DNA of 63,287 nucleotides, the filler included, from Octopus bimaculoides (taxonomy: Eukaryota): assembly GCF_001194135.2 (NCBI RefSeq). It is 7 parts of 6 records of this genome, joined end to end, with 100 filler letters (N's around TTAATTAATTAA, not from the genome) between each part and the next. Parts side by side here need not be neighbours in the genome. Positions count along the whole stretch, not along the records: positions 61,344 to 63,287 come from NC_068987.1; 6 more parts are not named here. One strand, given 5' to 3'. How positions within the stretch are numbered: position 1 is the first letter of the stretch; every line of letters begins with the position of its first letter. This document shows positions 63,182-63,287 of this stretch, piece by piece. Under the pieces are notes generated by a model, which had not been told where the DNA came from, made no database searches, and saw only the letters and a program-made list of their open reading frames with translations. Made by a program: the position numbers and the translations under genes.

Positions 63182-63287
<106 letters not shown>

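Overview
This is a eukaryotic, AT-rich window, dense in microsatellites and broken by many N gaps. Its SINE families, mariner/Tc1/Penelope fossils and microsatellite load match what I know of Octopus genomes; the species is an inference and no database was searched. I found no intact long protein-coding ORF, rRNA, tRNA gene or CRISPR array. Almost all ORF-track entries are translations of simple repeats or N runs. The window looks intronic or intergenic, with only a few short candidate exons. Main content: (1) a near-full-length but frameshifted DD34D mariner (7763-9004) plus other mariner, Tc1, Tigger-like and hAT-like pieces; (2) a Penelope-like RT/GIY-YIG fossil (51379-52190) and three hammerhead-ribozyme-like motifs; (3) a 7SL/SRP RNA homologue (36736-37016) directly abutting a SINE 3' tail; (4) a ~1.4 kb palindrome with ~550 bp arms and a central perfect hairpin (31367-32757); (5) a symmetric mariner derivative built from two 3' ends (16515-17672); (6) three Dong/R4-like 3' ends in (TAA)n arrays; (7) many tRNA-derived SINEs, including head-to-tail dimers with a fixed junction. 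Assembly artefacts are visible: six N44-TTAATTAATTAA-N44 join markers and two duplications across 10-N gaps. All alignments and identities were judged by eye, and repeat boundaries are approximate.
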